This document shows positions 59,598 through 64,000 of a DNA stretch of 64,000 nucleotides, piece after piece. The notes under the pieces were generated by a model, which saw nothing but the letters and a program-made list of their open reading frames with translations, was not told where the DNA came from and did no database searches. The position numbers and the translations under genes are program-made. Each line of letters starts with the position of its first letter. The first letter of the stretch is position 1. Source of the DNA: Gnetum montanum (taxonomy: Eukaryota; Plantae; Gnetophyta); NCBI GenBank assembly GCA_015680685.1, contig MNCI01001040.1, positions 307,492-371,491 of the forward strand. Reading direction: 5' to 3'.

Positions 59598-62500
59598 GTT
59601 ATGTTTTAAACCTTAGAATTTGCTAATATGTTTGGCTTAGACATAGCCATTAGCTTGGGCTTATACATAGTTATTAATTTTCGTATAGGTGATGCCCATT
59701 AGGCTAGCATTGGGTATCAATCCCTTTTAGAAAAACATTTAAATATATTTTTAAAATTATAAATATTTTTAATTTAGTTTTTTTTCCATGAGAGCTCTCC
59801 TTTGTCCAATATTACCAAACCTTTATAAGAATATATACTTGACAATTATTTCATGAGAGATCAACCAATTGCATAATTAACATATGGAAGATAAAGCTAG
59901 AAAGGAAGAATTCATTAGTTTGGAGAGGAAGCTAGATCTAGACTTGCACTATCAACCAGGACCTGTGATAAGTCATAATTCTAAATCTCATTTCAAATAT
60001 TTCTTAAATTCCATCGTTAACCTACAATTATTCCTAGGATTTGAAGCTTATTTGGGATATTAAAGCCACAAAATGATCCTTTTTTGTACAACTATCATTT
60101 TTAGGTAGAGTAATTTTGGTGTTTTACTCATGTTATTAGATTTTGGTAAATTTTATTTTAAAGTGCATATGTCTTTGCTGATTCTATTTATTTAATAACT
60201 GTTTGTTGAAGTACATGAATTCTTAGATGTAAATATTTTATGATTATTTTCAATAATTTTTTAAATTTCTATGATTTTTCATCATGCATAGAATGTTAAG
60301 AAATATTTTAACCAATTTTGACCATATCTTAATCACTTTTGATCATATTTTACCTTTGTTTTGAATTCTATTGAAATTTCAACTATAGAACTAGGGTTTT
60401 GAGTTGTTTTTCATGTTTTTTTACTTTGAAAACGATGTAATATGCCAATGGCACAAAAGAAAATGTTAACCAATATGCAACATAGAACCTAAAAATGATA
60501 TCATTGTTGGGGGCAATCCCATTTTGAGGTTGTGATGATGGTCATGACAAAAGAATGATATCAATTTTGGGTGCAACACAAAAATAAAAAAATATTTTTA
60601 AAGTAACGTTAGACTTTAGCCAATAGAAAATTAAGTAAGAAACATAGCTTTAGGACCTCTCAGAATACTTAAAAACCTAAAATGACAACTAATGAAATTT
60701 AGTCTTGGCTTAATTATCCTTTAGAACTTTAATGATTAGATTGTTCGTCTTTGACCTTTTTGGCCACGTTTAGTATTTAGATTAGTTTTTCTAACACCTA
60801 GGAATTTATTTTTTTGTTTGGATTTCATGTTTGATCATTTGAATTTAGATTAAAGTTGGAAATAACATTAGTAATTTCTAGTGACTATGTATGAAGCATA
60901 TCTCAATAGTGATCTAGACACCTACACATGCAGTATATCATAGTAAGTGTCACCTAATTTGTAGTGACTATGCAAGAAGTATATCATGGTGGTGAGCTAA
61001 GTTCTTATGTGAGAAGCATATTTTAGCCATTACAATTTATTCATTCAATTCATTTATTTCTTAGTAGGTGGTGGTTGAGTTTTAATTTATTTGTTAATTT
61101 TTTTTATTATTATAATTTCTAGTCTATTTATATTCTTTGTTATGTATGTTTGACTAACTTTGATTTATAGCTATTCCCTATGCATAACTATATATCTACC
61201 TGATGCCTCCAATCAAATCCATGAGAGAGTATTTTGATAGTTATTTACCCTACTTAGTCTTAGGATTGATTCCCTTGATTTTTCTATGATTTCAAAGTGA
61301 TTACGTTCATGTGATAAGGAGGATTTAGAGGAAGTAGCTAATGATTAAAATCCCTATATAGCTTTTGATTACTTTTTCCATTATAATTTTAACCTAAGTT
61401 TTGATTATATGCTATGATGTTCAACTAGGATTGGTGAATTTGATATTTTATGTGAGAATGTATACTATTTTTTTCTCTATGTTTCATGAGAGAAAACTTT
61501 GATTTAAACTTTAATTATGTTTTGTTTATTATTATGGAGTTATTGTAAATTGGCTAATTATATTCAACATTAGATGCCAATGTCCTTTTTGATGTAATTG
61601 GTAATTCAGTAGTATGTTATATTATTTGTGTATTTAATTTTCACTATAGTATTTCTAGTAGTATATTATAATTTTTCACTTGGAAAATAAGAATACATCC
61701 TTTTATTCTTACTATATAGATTAGGTTTTTTATGCATTTAACTATGATTACTCTCTTACATTATAACATCTTATCTTTTACAACATTTTTCTTCCCTCTT
61801 TGTGCCTATTTCATTGATGTCTACTACTTTACCTATTTAATTTTTTTGATATCCATGTGATTTTTATGACGCAAGGTTTTTTCTTATTATAATTTTCAAT
61901 TTTTATCTAAGTAATTCTTTTCTAGTCTAAGGTTGGTTAGCAAGTTACTACAAGTTAGTGTCAAAGTTGAAGATTTGTCAAGTATTCTTGGATTTATGGT
62001 GTAGGATGCCACCAAGAAGGATATTTAAGATCCTAAATAAGGTAATCCCCAACCATCCCAATAGGAAAGTCTTTTAAAATTATGTTATGAGAGATATTTT
62101 TACTTACTTGAGGAGTCAAAATTAGTCTATGTCAAAAATGATGGATTGTACCAACCTAATAACTCAAACAATAGTGGTAGAATACCCATTTAAAAAGTGA
62201 TCATGGAGTAGTTAAAGAGGTTGAAACCTCTATCTTTTAATAGTTTTGAAGATCTTGTAGTAGTTTTGGAGTGTCTACATAAGGTGGAAGAAGCTTTCCA
62301 ACTCATGAGTTATGCTTCAATGCAACAAACTCATTTTATTACTTATCAAATTAATGGTATAGCCAGCTGTTGGTGGTAGATAACTAGGGCTAATAGAGGC
62401 TAGGTACATAGAGAGGTAAAATGAAATAAATTTATTAGAGCCTTCAAAGAGAGATACTTATCCAAGAGGTTTAGCAAAACCAAAGCCAAGGCTTTGTCTA

Positions 62501-64000
62501 ACCTGAAGCAAGGAGATCTCATTATTTTTGAGTATGATGTGAGATTTCTTTAGTTGGTATAGGTTGACCCTAATTTCTTAGATGATGAGGAAGAGATGGC
62601 TAGTCAATTTATTGATAAAAAAATTAAAACCATTCATATAGGTTTGGTTCCTCTTTATTTGACTAAATACAAGGTAGTTCATACTAAGATGTTTGCTATA
62701 GAGTGGAGCATAGGATTAAGCAATATGAAGAAACTAGATTAGCTAAAGAGTAGATCACAACCCATAACTTAATTTGATAGCTCTAAATAGGCTAGGAGTT
62801 ATAAAGAAATCAATAGTATCAAATGTTTTAGCTTCCCTCCCATGTGTCATTCTTGTGGTAATATTGGACATCTTAAAAGCAAGTGTCCAAATTGCCATTC
62901 TTTTGGTAAGCCTAAACACAAGATTTGGAAATGTCCTAATAAAGAAACTAAAAATAAAATTGATGAAGTAATCAACTCATGGAATAATAGAGTTAAAATA
63001 ATAATTCATGTAGAAAGAGCAGAGTCTATGATTTGAAAAAACAACCTTTGAATGAACAATCCAACACTATCATGGATAGCACAAGTAACATTTGTGGCTT
63101 TTCTTTTTTGATCTTATTTGATCTTAGAATTAGTATTATTTTATGTATCTTAGATTTATGACTCATTTATAACTTAATCCTTTACTCATGTGTTCTTCCT
63201 TAGTAATTGAAACAATTCATTCTTATATTATTGTAGTTTTAGAGATGTTAACTTTAACATGTGGTATAGAAATATCATGATGATGGAACATGGAGAATAT
63301 GATGTGATCATTAGGATGAATGAGCTCATGAAGTATGATGAATGGTTGGATTATAAGAATAAGATTTTCATACTTATATCTGTAAGTGAAATGAAAGATA
63401 CAATTCAAACTAGTAATAAATAGGTTAAGCTTGACTTGGTGGCCACCATCAAGTTTTAGTAGTTTCTTTAGCATGGTTAAAATTATTTCATGATCATGAT
63501 GCATGAAGAGATTAATTAGAAGATAGAACAAATTTTGGTGATTCAAGAGTTCTTCGAAGTATTTAATAAAGAACTTCTCAAAGTGGCTCTTAATAAAGAG
63601 ATTGAATTTAAAATTACACTCAAACCTATAACTTAAGCAATCTCTAAATCATCTTATAGGATGTCTTTGATGGAGCTTTTAGAGCTTAATGTGTAGATTT
63701 AGAAACTAGTAGATAAAGACATGATTTGATCAAGTGTTTCACCTTGGGATGTACTAGTGCTCTCTATGAAAAAGAAGGATGACAATTTAAGATTATGTAT
63801 TAATTATAGACAATTGAATCATGTGATAGTTAGAAATATCCTCTAATGAATGAGCTATTCAATTAGTTGAGATAAGTTAAGTTTTTTCTAACATTTATTT
63901 AAATTTTAACTATCATCAAGTTAGGTTATGAGAGGAGGATGTATCTAAAATAGCATTTAGAATAAGATATGGTCATTATAAGTTCTTAAATATGCCTTTT
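59598..64000 (+). mobile_element. Element F: old Tekay/Del-like chromovirus (probable remainder of 5' LTR to ~61952, PBS, gag-pol running off the window)
   Basis: AT-rich region ending TTACTACA. TAGTGTCAAAGT (61956-61967) resembles the tRNA-iMet PBS TGGTATCAGAGC and is followed by an MPPRR start. The partner LTR is not in the window. Confidence 0.75.
62006..64000 (+). pseudogene. Decayed gag-PR-RT of element F
   Basis: MPPRR start; double knuckle CHSCGNIGHLKSKCPNCHSFGKPKHKIWKCP; [22 protein letters not shown] and AFRIRYGHYKFL.MPF. Confidence 0.9.

Noticed and set aside
59598-61950. AT-rich region as a possible host promoter or intron
   Set aside because: It ends in CA followed by a PBS-like motif and gag, so it is best read as the LTR of F. 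The partner LTR is outside the window, so this is unconfirmed.

Overview
This is plant heterochromatin-type DNA, AT-rich and strongly CpG-depleted, made almost entirely of decayed, nested Ty3/gypsy LTR retrotransposons. I found no intact host gene. Five TSD-bounded insertions plus two partial elements give this nesting: F (Tekay-like chromovirus, 59598->64000) contains Z (Athila-like, 3' LTR split into 289-393 / 28511-29125 / 59470-59597). Z contains A (Athila-like, minus, 394-28505, TSD CTAGC) and C (Athila-like, plus, RT-deleted, 29126-59464, TSD ACTAG). A contains B (Tat/Ogre-like, full pol, 9095-28408, TSD TCTAA). C contains two non-autonomous gag-PR-only Tat-like elements, D (31634-41109) and E (42901-52433, minus). 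The main finding is in B. Between protease and RT there is an antisense, multi-intron gene of about 1000 codons. Six of its seven short 80-97 bp introns keep the reading frame. It encodes an FCP1/NIF (CTD-phosphatase-like HAD) domain lacking the catalytic aspartates, fused to a plant-transposon-protein-like domain. B, D and E also share orientation-specific TAAACT motif arrays and ACGCT/AGCGT palindrome arrays, which are candidate cis sites. All domain calls come from reading motifs by eye, with no database search.
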